Of a stretch of DNA of 64,000 nucleotides, positions 19,946 through 31,230 are shown in pieces. This stretch comes from Nitrosopumilus sp. GTDB lineage: Archaea > Thermoproteota > Nitrososphaeria > Nitrososphaerales > Nitrosopumilaceae. The stretch is from contig OZ240211.1 of assembly GCA_965197525.1 (NCBI GenBank), positions 1,344,001 through 1,408,000 on the forward strand. Direction: 5' to 3'. Within the stretch, counting starts at the first letter, position 1; each line of letters opens with the position of its first letter. Both the position numbers and the translations under genes were made by a program. Under the pieces are notes generated by a model. The model was given only the letters and a program-made list of their open reading frames with translations, ran no database searches and was not told where the DNA came from.

Positions 19946-22087
19946 ATGAGTGAGATAATTTTAAAGATATCTGAAACCTCACAGCAACATGTTGGGAGAG
20001 GCAGAGGGATTGTTGACCCAAAGATTATTGAGGAACAAAAATGGAATACCGGTCAAATTATGGAATTAGCACATAATAAAAAAACAGCAGTAAAGCTATG
20101 GCCCGGCACACCTGACGAATATGGAACAGGAGTAATCAAGATCGATGGAATTACAAGACAAAATCTAGGTGCTGGTATAGGTGACAAAGTTTTACTAAGA
20201 CCGATCGAGTCAGTCAACGCCAAACAGATTGTATTATCTCCAACACAGAAAATTACCACAGAAGGTTTACAGGAATATATGGTTTACAACTATCTTAATC
20301 ACGTGTTTACAACCGGAGATTCAATATCCCTAAATACACATATGGGTAGCAAGATTGAGTTCATTGTAACTAGCATCTCGCCGTCAAGACCCTCCATTGT
20401 TACAGAAGATACTGTATTCAAACTTGGAACAATAACCAAACCGGTTAATTCCTCTATACCCAGAGTAACATACGACGAACTTGGGGGTCTGAAACGTGAA
20501 GTCTCAAAGATTCGTGAGATGGTTGAGCTGCCCATGAGACATCCTGAGTTATTTGAAAAAATTGGTGTTGATGCACCAAAAGGCGTTTTGTTGTATGGGC
20601 CACCTGGAACTGGTAAGACTCTACTTGCCAAAGCAGTTACTGGAGAGACTAATGCTCATTTTATTACATTGTCAGGTCCTGAGATTATGGGCAAGCATTA
20701 TGGAGAGAGTGAAGAGAGAATACGAGAAATTTTTGCACAGGCAAAAGAGAATGCTCCTAGTATTATTTTTATCGATGAGATTGACTCCATTGCTCCAAAG
20801 AGAGACGATGTGTCAGGCGAGTTAGAGAAACGTATTGTATCTCAACTATTAACGCTGATGGACGGTATGAAATCTAGAGGACAAGTTGTAGTTATTGCAG
20901 CTACCAACAGACCTGACTCTATTGATCCTGCACTCAGAAGACCGGGCAGATTTGACAGGGAGATTGAAATTGGTATTCCCGACGATCAGGGAAGATTCGA
21001 TATCTTGTCTATTCACACTCGTGGAATGCCAATTAACGACCAAGGAGTAGACCTCCGACAAATATCAAAGATTACACATGGATTTGTAGGAGCTGATTTG
21101 GAGATGTTATCAAAGGAAGCTGCAATGAGCTCTCTGCGCAGGGTTCTTCCTGAGATTGATCTTGATGAAGAAAAGATCTCCTCTGATATCCTTCAAAAGA
21201 TTCAGATTAGCAATAAAGATTTCAAAGATGCGTTAAAAGAGATTAAGCCAAGTGCCCTTCGGGAAGTTCAAGTGCAAATTCCAAATGTTAGCTGGGATGA
21301 TGTTGGTGGACTAGATCAGCTCAAAGAAGAGCTTCGCGAGTCAGTAGAGTGGCCAATAAAACACAAGGAAGCATATGATTATGTTGGCGTCGAATCTCCT
21401 AAAGGAATCTTACTTTATGGCCCTCCTGGAACTGGCAAGACAATGATCGCCAAAGCACTTGCAAAGATGACCGAATCCAACTTTATTAGTATAAAGGGAC
21501 CAGAACTACTCTCAAAATGGGTAGGCGAATCTGAGAGAGGAGTGCGAGAGATTTTTAGAAAAGCACGACAGGCCGCACCATGTATAGTATTTTTAGATGA
21601 GATTGACGCACTAGTCCCAAGAAGAAGCAACAACGATTCATCACACGTTACAGAAAATGTTGTCTCTCAAATTCTAACTGAGATTGATGGATTAGAGGAA
21701 CTACACAATGTCCTGATAGTTGGCGCAACAAACCGTCTAGACATTGTAGATGAGGCCGTTCTCAGACCAGGCAGGTTTGATAGGATTATCCAAGTCCCAA
21801 ACCCTGATACTTTAGGACGAGAACATATCTTTAACATTCATACACGAAACAAACCTCTTGCATCTGACGTAGAGATCTCGAAATTGGCAGAGTTAACCGA
21901 TAACTTTAGCGGAGCCGAGATTGCAGCAGCAACTAATAGAGCAGCAATAACTGCTCTGAAGAGATATGTCAGCGACAATTCTCGTAGTCTTAAAAACATA
22001 AAGATTACTCTACAAGATCTAACTGATGCTATAACAAAGGTTAAACCTCAAAAGGTAGAAGTTCCAATCACACAGTTCATAAAATAG
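19946..22087 (+). CDS. cdc48: CDC48/VCP-family AAA+ ATPase
   Basis: N-domain plus two AAA modules (GPPGTGKT twice, [22 protein letters not shown]). Confidence 0.95.
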   Translation: MSEIILKISETSQQHVGRGRGIVDPKIIEEQKWNTGQIMELAHNKKTAVKLWPGTPDEYGTGVIKIDGITRQNLGAGIGDKVLLRPIESVNAKQIVLSPTQKITTEGLQEYMVYNYLNHVFTTGDSISLNTHMGSKIEFIVTSISPSRPSIVTEDTVFKLGTITKPVNSSIPRVTYDELGGLKREVSKIREMVELPMRHPELFEKIGVDAPKGVLLYGPPGTGKTLLAKAVTGETNAHFITLSGPEIMGKHYGESEERIREIFAQAKENAPSIIFIDEIDSIAPKRDDVSGELEKRIVSQLLTLMDGMKSRGQVVVIAATNRPDSIDPALRRPGRFDREIEIGIPDDQGRFDILSIHTRGMPINDQGVDLRQISKITHGFVGADLEMLSKEAAMSSLRRVLPEIDLDEEKISSDILQKIQISNKDFKDALKEIKPSALREVQVQIPNVSWDDVGGLDQLKEELRESVEWPIKHKEAYDYVGVESPKGILLYGPPGTGKTMIAKALAKMTESNFISIKGPELLSKWVGESERGVREIFRKARQAAPCIVFLDEIDALVPRRSNNDSSHVTENVVSQILTEIDGLEELHNVLIVGATNRLDIVDEAVLRPGRFDRIIQVPNPDTLGREHIFNIHTRNKPLASDVEISKLAELTDNFSGAEIAAATNRAAITALKRYVSDNSRSLKNIKITLQDLTDAITKVKPQKVEVPITQFIK

Positions 22088-22116
22088 TCTAAATACTAAT
22101 GATATTGGTATAAAAC

Positions 22117-22335
22117 ATGAAACTTTATCTTGATTTTGAACCGTGCAAAGACTGTCATACTATGATGAATGAGTTGAGCAGTCCTGAAATGTTACTATCT
22201 GATGAAAAGACTAGGACTGATGAATCTGCAAAATTTCTCCGACATTTAACATATAATCACACCGAAGTAGTTCAAGCTGTTCTAAATGATCTTCCAAAAC
22301 AGAAAAAAGATCAAGAGCCTGATTTTTATCAGTGA
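22117..22335 (+). CDS. Small conserved hypothetical protein
   Basis: 72-aa ORF with CKDC and RHLTYNH. Confidence 0.65.
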   Translation: MKLYLDFEPCKDCHTMMNELSSPEMLLSDEKTRTDESAKFLRHLTYNHTEVVQAVLNDLPKQKKDQEPDFYQ

Positions 22336-22455
22336 GATCTTCTTCAGCAACTTACAAAATAATAATTAACATTAACTCTTATCACACGTTTATACATTCA
22401 TCCATTTTTAGTTCGGCAGCAGCAACTTCAAATTTATTATTATCGTAATGTCTTA

Positions 22456-22500
22456 TAATCTAATTAAAAATAATCTAATTAAAAATAATCTAATTAAAAA
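22456..22500. repeat. 3 x 15-bp perfect tandem repeat (TAATCTAATTAAAAA) covering the tfb stop codon
   Basis: Units start at 22456, 22471 and 22486. Confidence 0.9.
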
Positions 22501-23419
22501 TATCCAGCGTATTTTTTATTAACGCTGCTCTATTTCTAATTGTAACGTCACTTATCTCAGTCTCCTTTGCGAATTTATTTTGAGATATTTTCTCATCATT
22601 TATGATACATGAAATATACAACGATGCAGCAGCTTGTGCCATAGGATGTTTCCCTGCAGTAATACGCTCTTCTTCACATCGCTTTAGTATGTTTAATGCA
22701 TCTCGTTTTGTTTTCTCTCTCAAATTCATATTGTTTGAGATTTTTGAGATAAATGAGGCTGTATCATACTGTTCTAGATGCAGTTCTAATCTCTTTACAA
22801 TGGTCCTCAAGTCTCTGGCAAGTATCTTCTTTTCTACGTTACCTGCTTTTGCAATATCATTTAACGTTCTTGGGATGTTGTTTTCTCTGCATGCAGCATA
22901 TAATGCAGCTGCAATCAATGATGTTCTAGTTCTTCCTCTAGTCAATTTTGCACTAACTATTTTTCTGTAAATATATGCTGCATTTTCCACTACATTGTTT
23001 GGAATTCCTAGTTTTGTCTTCATTGCATACAACAGACTAAATGCTTTGCTCAAATTAGCCATCTTTCTTGTCTTGCTTCGTTGATCCCACATACGTAGTC
23101 TATTAAACTCGTTTTTTACCTTGTTTGATAATACAGTACCAGAAGAATCTTTACCTACACCAATTACAGTTGATAGACCTCTATCATACATCGCTAAAGA
23201 TGTAGCAGAATTTATTCTTGCATGCATCATCAAATTTTGTTGTAAGTGTACACCACTCTCGTATGAGGAATCATCTATTTGTTGCATCAGAAGAGTCCCG
23301 CAACCACCGCAAACAACCTCGCCTCTCTCAAAGTCGGTTATTGTTTGAACAGTTTTGCACGTGTCTAGTTTACACTTGAGATCATTACTGATCGAATAAT
23401 TTTTTTTCACTACTAACAT
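22490..23419 (-). CDS. tfb: Transcription initiation factor IIB paralogue
   Basis: Zn ribbon (...GEVVCGGCG), RLRMWDQRS, two cyclin repeats, GKHP, ISDVTIRNR. Confidence 0.92.
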   Translation of the reverse strand: MLVVKKNYSISNDLKCKLDTCKTVQTITDFERGEVVCGGCGTLLMQQIDDSSYESGVHLQQNLMMHARINSATSLAMYDRGLSTVIGVGKDSSGTVLSNKVKNEFNRLRMWDQRSKTRKMANLSKAFSLLYAMKTKLGIPNNVVENAAYIYRKIVSAKLTRGRTRTSLIAAALYAACRENNIPRTLNDIAKAGNVEKKILARDLRTIVKRLELHLEQYDTASFISKISNNMNLREKTKRDALNILKRCEEERITAGKHPMAQAAASLYISCIINDEKISQNKFAKETEISDVTIRNRAALIKNTLDIFN

Positions 23420-23567
23420 ATTTTAGCTGTTATAAAATAAAAACAGTTAGTTTCAGGTAATTTTATACCCGTAATTCAATCTCAAGTACGAAAAATTCCT
23501 TAAATTTTTGATAACGTGAATTCCATTTACGGTTTGATATGCCTTGTAATAAATGTTAAACATATTT

Positions 23568-24865
23568 CAGTAGTCGGAAATGTACCCCCTAAACCAACCA
23601 ACAGATGTTCTCAATTATGTTAACATTTTTCGAACATACCGATCTATTATCTACAGTGCCCTTACCCACCTTAGTGTTAGCACAAAAAGGTGGGCAGGTA
23701 CACCGTAATAAGATCGGAGAAAGGATACTTAATACCTTGTCAGGAATACTAGAATCCGCATCTATGGGATTCCCTACGAGGAACAATGCCCAATACGGGA
23801 TGAGCGAGTTTGCAGCCATACTGATGAAGATGTCTGAATCCAACATAGCCTCCGAGGAGGCAATCCGGCTGCTCAAGCACGCCAAAAAGAAGATGCCGTC
23901 GCCCAAGTGGTTTCGCAACATGATAAACTCGCTGGAATCAGACAGTGCAGACGAACTCTGCATGGATATGATCACCGCACCGCAAGGCTTGCCAAGAATA
24001 CGTGCCGGTACAAGGGGGGCGTACTAGAGCAATAGATAAACACCTGATACCAAGGCACGACAAGGACAACATGTCACATCTGACAAGGCCCAAACCAAAG
24101 GGCGGTACAAGCAAGTTCGAGTGTTACGCAACAATGCATGTGGTAGCAGAACAGGTTCCGGCCATTTTGGAGTGCATGCAGGTCACGCGCAGCGTGGATG
24201 ACGCCGACTTTGTGCGTAAATTCGTGCAAAAACTCAAGGGTTACAGGATACGGGCCCGGCTGCTGCTGATGGATCGCGAGTTTTACTCGACTGAGATAAT
24301 CAGGCTTGTATCAGAACAGAGACACAAGTTCCTGATGCCGGCAGTCAAGAACACGGGGATAAAGAGGGTGATACGGGAGCATCACGATAAATTACGCAAG
24401 GCAGTCTCACAGTACACCGTCAGAAACGCAGCAGGCCAGTCTGCCACATTTACATTGATAATCACGCCCTCAAAAAAGATAGACGACTCTGATGCCGATG
24501 CCACAGAAAGATACCATGTCTTTGCCACCAACCTTTCCCAGGTCAGGGCACTAGACGAGATTGATACACTTCCAGAGGAATACAGGAGAAGGTGGTGGAT
24601 ATAGACAGGATACAAGCAGGTCGAGCAGGTGCGCCCGAGGACAACAAGTCGCAATGCGTCGTTTAGGGCAATAATGTTTTACGTCTCGCTGTTCATGTAC
24701 AACACGTGGGCAGTAGAGCAGTACCGTGAAGATTCGAGTTATGATCGGGTAACTCTGGCACTTGTTGCATATGCTGCGGCAATGGCTGCATTGGAATTAT
24801 GTAGGATTGTGGGTCAACCATATGATGTCGGAGGATCTGCCTAAGGGGTAAATTTCCGACTACTG
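23568..24865 (+). mobile_element. ISH3-type (IS4 superfamily) insertion sequence, 1298 bp
   Basis: TIRs CAGTAGTCGGAAAT(G/T)TACCCC at 23568-23588 and 24845-24865 (20/21 match); 5-bp TSD TATTT; GC visibly higher than flanks. Confidence 0.9.
23605..24844 (+). pseudogene. Disrupted DDE transposase (frameshift near 23980-24020; in-frame TAG at 24602-24604)
   Basis: AIDKH (first D), LLMDREFYS (second D), RRRWWI*TGYKQVEQ where the family motif reads RWxIE. Confidence 0.85.
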
Positions 24866-24968
24866 TATTTTGTGTATGCACTCATGTCCAATGCAAATCT
24901 GGGTACGAATTTGCAAAAATTATGTCTTTGTTTATATGGGATCTGAGCCCACACATTTTTGCAGATTG

Positions 24969-25160
24969 CTACTTTCTAATTGATTCTAAAGAATGTCCAC
25001 GGTTGGTGATCATCTGAGTAACGGCTTCTACGGTGTAATCAATTCCATGTTCTTCATCGAAATGATTTCTCAATTTTTGAATCAGACCCACCGTTTTCTC
25101 CTCATCTAATACGTAATCACATTCAAAACCATAGTCTTCGCATCTTAGTTTTAACGTCAT
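24969..25160 (-). CDS. DUF1059-like small metal-binding protein
   Basis: MTLKLRCEDYGFECDY...NHFDEEHG; ATG at 25160 preferred over the longer ORF start. Confidence 0.75.
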   Translation of the reverse strand: MTLKLRCEDYGFECDYVLDEEKTVGLIQKLRNHFDEEHGIDYTVEAVTQMITNRGHSLESIRK

Positions 25161-25670
25161 TTGATCTAGGTGGTATATAGAACCTATAAAAACTATGGAC
25201 ATAAATGACAGATAGTCCATACATTCTAAATTATTTCGTCACATCGCCTCTTACATGATACAAGCCAGATAATTAATTCATAAATTTGGATGAAAGGTTT
25301 AGAGTTCGTTTTCTTGAAGTTCGGCGTTAGGTATATTTCTGCGATACAAGATCACGAATATCCATACTGCTTGAACGTAACTATTATGGAATAGTCGTAA
25401 TCAATACAGCTGCAAACACGGTTTATCAGTCACGTATTAACTGTAGGTGATCATTAATGAGTGCAATTATTAATAATTAATTCAAAATGATGATGATACA
25501 ACCTAATAATTTGTGAAATCTTTCACATATGTAGATTTGACCAGTAACTTGATAGAAGTATTCACAAACAGTAACTTCATAAAGTTATCATAGAACTATA
25601 TCATGGTATGTAGATTAAACAATGTGATTTACATGAACTATAATTTTGTTTTTAAAAACACTTGGTCTGA

Positions 25671-25943
25671 TTATTTAAAAAATTGATCGACCTGATCTCT
25701 AAACTTGAGAGTAATCTTTCCAAAATCTGTAAAATCATCTGCAGTTGGATATTTCATTTTCGTTGCATATTGATTGATGAACACTGACAATGCGCCACCA
25801 ACGATCAAATTATTAACACAATCTGCTATGTTATTCGAATACGGAAATGCAACCTTGATAAATGGCAAGTATGTCTCTGTTTGCGAGATCATTAGTTTGA
25901 TGTGCTCTTCAACATGTTTTTCAATATCCTCTGGAATTGCCAT
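25671..25943 (-). CDS. Conserved thaumarchaeal hypothetical protein
   Basis: 90-aa ORF MAIPEDIEKHVEEHIKLMISQTETYLPF. Confidence 0.7.
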   Translation of the reverse strand: MAIPEDIEKHVEEHIKLMISQTETYLPFIKVAFPYSNNIADCVNNLIVGGALSVFINQYATKMKYPTADDFTDFGKITLKFRDQVDQFFK

Positions 25944-26060
25944 AATTTTGGCTCCCTAATTTCTTATAAATATGATATTATTCTTGACTGCGCACCTGCT
26001 CAAAACAAGCCTACACATCTTAGAGAAAAAAAACAATTCAACTCTCACTCTGTCGTCTTT

Positions 26061-26408
26061 ATGTCAATAAAATTAAATTTATACTCTAAACTCTTGTCTA
26101 TATTGCTAGAATTAGACAAAAAAGTATTTGGAAAGATAACAACAAAGGAGATTATTGGCGCCGCACCACCTGCATTTCCTGATACTCGAGATATTTTAGA
26201 AGAAGAGCTTGAATCATTACTTGTGCAGCTAGTCCCGCTATCAAAAGAGAATCTAGAAAGGCTCTTAGAGCAACAGCAGATCGTGCAGTTACATGTTAAC
26301 AACAGACCAGGTGCTATGGCTCTAGCTCAAACCAAAATTCGTTTATTCAACGACTACAATCAAAAGTATATTCAAGCCATTAAACAAAGACTGGAAACAT
26401 TATCTTAA
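26061..26408 (+). CDS. Hypothetical helical protein
   Basis: ORF 25902..26408 with a likely ATG at 26061; NRPGAMALAQTKI motif. Confidence 0.6.
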   Translation: MSIKLNLYSKLLSILLELDKKVFGKITTKEIIGAAPPAFPDTRDILEEELESLLVQLVPLSKENLERLLEQQQIVQLHVNNRPGAMALAQTKIRLFNDYNQKYIQAIKQRLETLS

Positions 26409-26683
26409 ACATACAACCATTAAAAATGGATACAAAGATCAGTGGGGAAAATGAAAATTGAGACAAGTTAGTAAAGATGTATCTAATAATCCAGAATTGT
26501 TTGTTGTAAACAATAATGCACAAGTAAAAACCATCAAACGAAGGACACATCTATTTCAAACCCGTCATCCCTGCATACTAGTGATTTAGAATATTTTAAC
26601 ACTGCAACAGTCTCATTTGCCGTCATACCGTTTTAAGTTACAATTAGAGATTTTTGTTGAATACATAATTTTATCATTTGCGT

Positions 26684-28171
26684 TTATTTGTCTTCTGTAT
26701 TTTTAGGATCTTTTTTGATAAATCCTCCTTCAGTTGGTTCTGGAGGAGGTATCTTCTTTGATCTTCCTAGTCCCATGGTTGTAATAATTACCGATGATAA
26801 AATAATAAAGAATACAAGTTGTGGATATGCATCAGCATTTGGCAGTCCCATGGTTATAGGATATGTTGCAAGTACAGCCGCTGCCAAACCTCTTGGGATC
26901 ATAGCATTTGTAACTGCTCTATCCAATCGTGAGAATCTCTTTGTCAACGTTATTTTACCTACAAACACTCTTCCAAAATAGACCACAATTGTCACTAGTA
27001 TTCCGAATACCAAGTATTCTATCTGTCCAAAACTTGCCATAAGTCCTACAAAGACAAAAAAGAACGATCGTACCAAAAATGTTAACTGATTGTGTGTTGG
27101 GTCATCGATTTCAATTTTCGGAATTCTAAATTTGAGTACGCGTGAGAGATGTTGTTTATTTCCAATCATTAATCCAAATACTAGTGCTGTTAGTGCACCT
27201 GACTCTCCAAACGTGTTTGCCAAGAAGAATAACACAAATAATATTCCCAATGTCAGCATGTATGCGTGTTGTGCGTTACCAAGTTTTGTTGATATATACA
27301 TCCATGGAACGCCCACTCCAAATCCCAGAATCAACCCAACGACTATTGCTCTTCCTATGGTTTCTTGCAGTGTTGTTATGTCAAATTGCCCTGCTAGCAC
27401 TGCTTCAAATAATATGAATGCAATAATTGTGGCTAAAATATCAGTTAGCGCAGACTCGAAACTTAGCATTGATTTTACCTCTTCTGAAATTTTGATATTT
27501 CTGACCAGTCCAAATACAATTGCCGAACTACTACCACCTACAATGGCACCTAGCAATATACTATCAAGCCATAACCATCCTAGTGCAAAGTGGGCAGCAA
27601 TTGAGATTATTGAAACTGACAATATAAAACCAATAATTGCAAGAGCAAATGAGAAATGAGCAGTCTTTATGACATGTCTAATATCCAGATTCAATCCCCC
27701 ATCAAACATGATAATTATCAATGCCAAGGCTGCAAAATACGGAACTATCTGTATTACAGTCTCTGGTTGAATAATTCCTAGTATTGGTCCAATAATTACT
27801 CCAAGAATCATAAGAAAAGCTACATCTGGAATGCCAGTTTTTTTAAAGAACGCCTCGCCCATAACTCCGAGAAAGATTACCACACCAGCTGCAAGTAGTA
27901 TAACATGGGCTTCTGCAAGCGATCCGTTCTCACTGATAATCCCATTCATCACTCCCTGCAGTTCTGCAAGAAATTCGTTCTCACTGATAATCCCATTCAT
28001 CACTCCCTGCAGTTCTGCAAGAAATTCGTTCTCACTGATAATCCCATTCATCACTCCCTGCAGTTCTGCAATCTTTTCAAAAACTATATTCAAATCTAAA
28101 TTAGATAATGGGATTATATCCTCTATCTGTCCCTGAATTAAACTTAGAATAGATAAAGATAAAAAATACAC
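26684..28171 (-). CDS. Cation:proton antiporter (CPA1/NhaP-like) with an N-terminal tandem repeat
   Basis: FKKTGIPDV, LIIIMFDGG, GGSSSAIV, FESALTD, PRGLAAAVLA. Confidence 0.9.
   Translation of the reverse strand: MYFLSLSILSLIQGQIEDIIPLSNLDLNIVFEKIAELQGVMNGIISENEFLAELQGVMNGIISENEFLAELQGVMNGIISENGSLAEAHVILLAAGVVIFLGVMGEAFFKKTGIPDVAFLMILGVIIGPILGIIQPETVIQIVPYFAALALIIIMFDGGLNLDIRHVIKTAHFSFALAIIGFILSVSIISIAAHFALGWLWLDSILLGAIVGGSSSAIVFGLVRNIKISEEVKSMLSFESALTDILATIIAFILFEAVLAGQFDITTLQETIGRAIVVGLILGFGVGVPWMYISTKLGNAQHAYMLTLGILFVLFFLANTFGESGALTALVFGLMIGNKQHLSRVLKFRIPKIEIDDPTHNQLTFLVRSFFFVFVGLMASFGQIEYLVFGILVTIVVYFGRVFVGKITLTKRFSRLDRAVTNAMIPRGLAAAVLATYPITMGLPNADAYPQLVFFIILSSVIITTMGLGRSKKIPPPEPTEGGFIKKDPKNTEDK
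27925..28071. repeat. About 3 x 51-bp in-frame tandem repeat (AELQGVMNGIISENEFL)
   Basis: Units start at 27925, 27976 and 28027. Confidence 0.9.
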
Positions 28172-28276
28172 TGCAAACGTCTTTTTTCTTTCTTCATAAA
28201 AATTATTCTTGATTAATTTAACTACATGGATCCTTTTTGTTAATAGTTACACATAAAATCACTCATTTCATATCTC

Positions 28277-28857
28277 TTGTACTTGAGCGGCACAGACGCA
28301 CTACGTGAGGATCACAAACAGATTAAGCGTCTTGATGCAGTCATTATAAAATGTTATACCAGTCTTTATGCTGGAAGAGATGTTCCATTTGCAGATTTGG
28401 AAAAGATCTCACTAGTAATAGAAGAATTTTTAGATTCTATTCATTATTCTAGAGAAGAGGATTCGTACTTTCCTTGTGTTGCAAGTTACGATACTTTCCT
28501 TGTGTTGCAAGTTGAAGCTTGAAGGCTGAGATTAGAGTTCTTTTAATTGAACACGAATTTTCAAGAAATATTGCACGACAGATAAAAAAACATGTTAAAA
28601 CTTGGCACCAAAGCAACAATGATAATGCACGCGAACCTGTCGCACGATACCTCAGAACATATTCGATATTCTTAATGGATCACATGCGAAAAGAAGAGGA
28701 TTTCTTTGATAAAGCCGAGGCTCAGATACTTTCAAAAGAAGAAGAGTACGACATGTACGAGCAGTTCAAGTCAGTTATGGCAATATCAAAGAAACAAGAA
28801 GATATGATAAAAGAGATTGAATATTTAGAGAAACAGTCTTGGGTTACTTCAACGTAA
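28277..28857 (+). pseudogene. Hemerythrin-domain protein split by a 23-nt insertion
   Basis: DH, HYSREE, EHE and HMRKEE metal ligands are spread over ORFs 28277..28522 and 28519..28857; deleting 28496-28518 restores one 185-aa frame. Confidence 0.8.
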
Positions 28858-28889
28858 GCTCTTTATGGGTTATTTCGATATTTTTACTT

Positions 28890-29405
28890 ATGAAACCGTT
28901 TATTCTATGGATGACCGGACTTCCTTGTTCAGGCAAGACTACAATAGTCAAAGATCTACAAAAAAGTATTCAAAATTTAGCCATGCTTGACGGTGATGAG
29001 TTACGGGAATGGTTCTCGCCTAAAGACTTTTCAAAAGCAGGCCGTGATGAGCATAACAAAAAAGTTGCGCATCTAGCAAAACTTTTACTCAAACACGGCG
29101 TCTCAAGCGTTGTGTCTTTGGTATCGCCCTACATCGAGAACAGGGAGAATGCCCGGGCAATTATCGATGCAGGTGACCAATTTGCAGAATGTTATGTAAA
29201 ATGTTCACTTGAAGAGTGTGAGCGCAGAGATGTCAAAGGCATGTATGCAAAGGCAAGAAGAGGCGAGATCAAAGGATTTACTGGAATTGACGATCCTTAT
29301 GAATCTCCGGAGAGAGCTGATCTAGTAGTTGATACAGAGCACAGCTCCTTATCTGATAGTGCAGCCCAGGTAAAGGAATTTCTTAGAGGTAGAAATCTAC
29401 TCTAA
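28890..29405 (+). CDS. cysC: Adenylyl-sulfate kinase
   Basis: MTGLPCSGKTT, LDGDELR, RDVKGMYAKARRGEIKGFTGIDDPYE. Confidence 0.93.
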   Translation: MKPFILWMTGLPCSGKTTIVKDLQKSIQNLAMLDGDELREWFSPKDFSKAGRDEHNKKVAHLAKLLLKHGVSSVVSLVSPYIENRENARAIIDAGDQFAECYVKCSLEECERRDVKGMYAKARRGEIKGFTGIDDPYESPERADLVVDTEHSSLSDSAAQVKEFLRGRNLL

Positions 29406-30221
29406 CTTTTGAAACTCTCTGACTAGCTCATCATGTACCAACCCATTTGTAACGAGAATCCCGTTGTGATGATATACATCTCTATTGTTATATGTGATCT
29501 GTCCTCCTAACATATCTGTCATCTTTCCCCCAGCTTCTGAAATGATGCAGTGTGATGCTGCCGAATCCCACTCTTTGATCTTGTTTGTAGTTGTAAGATA
29601 TACTTCTGCTTCCCCTGAACTGATCTTTCCAACCTTTAGGGAACTTCCAATACTCTGGAAATCCATTACGTTTAATCTCTTGATAAACAACTTCTCTCTA
29701 TCTGACAAATGATGTCGGGATCCAACAACCCTACATTTTGAAATTTCTGAAACCTGAGTTACCGTAATCTTTTCCCATCTATTACCAGAGTATCTAAAAG
29801 CACCACTGTTCTTTTGCGCAACAAATAATGTATTTTCAGTAGGCCATCCTATCACTCCAATTATTGGTTTTTTATTTCTGATCAGGGATATCATTACTGT
29901 AAACTCCCCTGTCCTGTCAATGAAATCTGACGTTCCATCAAGTGGGTCTACAATCCATATACTATCTCTTGACAATCTACCGGCATCATCAACATCATCT
30001 TCTTCTGATAAAATCTGGTGTTCCGTGTCCCGTGATAATATCTCCTTGATAATTTCATTACTCTTTAGATCAGCATCTGTAACTGGAGAGTCGTCATTCT
30101 TTGTAGACGTCTTGTAATCTCTGTTCTGATAAATCTCTAATATTGCATCTCCTGCTTTGATGACTGCCTGTACTGCGATATCCAACTCGGGTATCTTATC
30201 TGTAATCGGAACCGCCTTCAA
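29397..30221 (-). CDS. cysQ: 3'(2'),5'-bisphosphate nucleotidase
   Basis: SPVTDAD, LSEE, VDPLDGTSDF, GSSLK, EWDSAA. Confidence 0.9.
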   Translation of the reverse strand: MKAVPITDKIPELDIAVQAVIKAGDAILEIYQNRDYKTSTKNDDSPVTDADLKSNEIIKEILSRDTEHQILSEEDDVDDAGRLSRDSIWIVDPLDGTSDFIDRTGEFTVMISLIRNKKPIIGVIGWPTENTLFVAQKNSGAFRYSGNRWEKITVTQVSEISKCRVVGSRHHLSDREKLFIKRLNVMDFQSIGSSLKVGKISSGEAEVYLTTTNKIKEWDSAASHCIISEAGGKMTDMLGGQITYNNRDVYHHNGILVTNGLVHDELVREFQKLE

Positions 30222-30234
30222 TTATAATTACTAC

Positions 30235-30441
30235 CTAGGTTGTGAGTTCCGGTTTTAATGTCCATACAACTCCTAGAACAATAAATGGTATTGTCATAAC
30301 TCCAATAATTCCTAATATGGTGTTAAACTGTTCTTGTGATACCTCTGGATTATTCACTATCCATGGTAGTGGTAACGTGATAATTACCCAAATAATTCCC
30401 AGCAATATTATTAATTTGGCCTTTGCTTTTCTACTCTTCAT
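30235..30441 (-). CDS. Small two-TM membrane protein
   Basis: 68-aa ORF with two hydrophobic helices. Confidence 0.65.
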   Translation of the reverse strand: MKSRKAKAKLIILLGIIWVIITLPLPWIVNNPEVSQEQFNTILGIIGVMTIPFIVLGVVWTLKPELTT

Positions 30442-30480
30442 GTCTATTCTACTTTAGTGTCGTATTAAATTCATGTGAAT

Positions 30481-31230
30481 TTATTTTATTGACTCTCCAC
30501 CATCTACTGTAAGTACTGCGCCTGTAATCCATGATGCATCATCATCTGATGCAAAGTATAGGACCGCCCTTCCTATCTCATCGGGCTGACCAATTCTGCC
30601 TAATGGATGTTCTTTCTCCACGAACTCTCTATCATTTTTGGTCAACATAAACGGTTTTGTCATATCAGTCTCTACCACACCTGGACAGATACAGTTGACT
30701 CTGATCTTATCTTTGGAATATTCTAACGCCCAACACTTTGTCAAATGAATCAAAGCAGCTTTTGAGGCAGAGTATGCATCAGCAAAGAATCCTTGGTATG
30801 CCTTTATTCCCGCATCAGATGCGATATTGATTATTGACCCAGACGTCTTTTGTAGATGAGGTATCGCTTCTTTTGTGAATCTGAACTGCCCTGTAAGATT
30901 CACATCTAAAACATCATTCCATTCTTCCTCTTCTATTTCATGTAATTGTCTTATTCTGGGAAATATGCCTGCATTATTTACCAGAATATCCAACTTTGAG
31001 CATCTTTCTATTATATTATTTATCGTACGTTTTACCTCGCTTTGCTGCCTGACATCCGCTGCTATTCCAATACTGTTTGGAATCTTCGATACTGCTTTGT
31101 GTAATCTCTCTTGATCCTTTGCAGTGATTACCACGGTTGCTCCGTTTTCTGATAAAATTTTTGCAGTCGCAAATCCTATACCGCGACTTCCACCTGTTAC
31201 CAATGCAATTTTTCCTGATAGCTTTTTCAT
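30481..31230 (-). CDS. Short-chain dehydrogenase/reductase
   Basis: TGGSRGIG, NNAG, YSASK, PLGRIGQP, VDGG. Confidence 0.92.
   Translation of the reverse strand: MKKLSGKIALVTGGSRGIGFATAKILSENGATVVITAKDQERLHKAVSKIPNSIGIAADVRQQSEVKRTINNIIERCSKLDILVNNAGIFPRIRQLHEIEEEEWNDVLDVNLTGQFRFTKEAIPHLQKTSGSIINIASDAGIKAYQGFFADAYSASKAALIHLTKCWALEYSKDKIRVNCICPGVVETDMTKPFMLTKNDREFVEKEHPLGRIGQPDEIGRAVLYFASDDDASWITGAVLTVDGGESIK

Noticed and set aside
23589-23975. 128-aa minus-strand ORF inside the IS
   Set aside because: Antisense shadow of the transposase; no independent motif.
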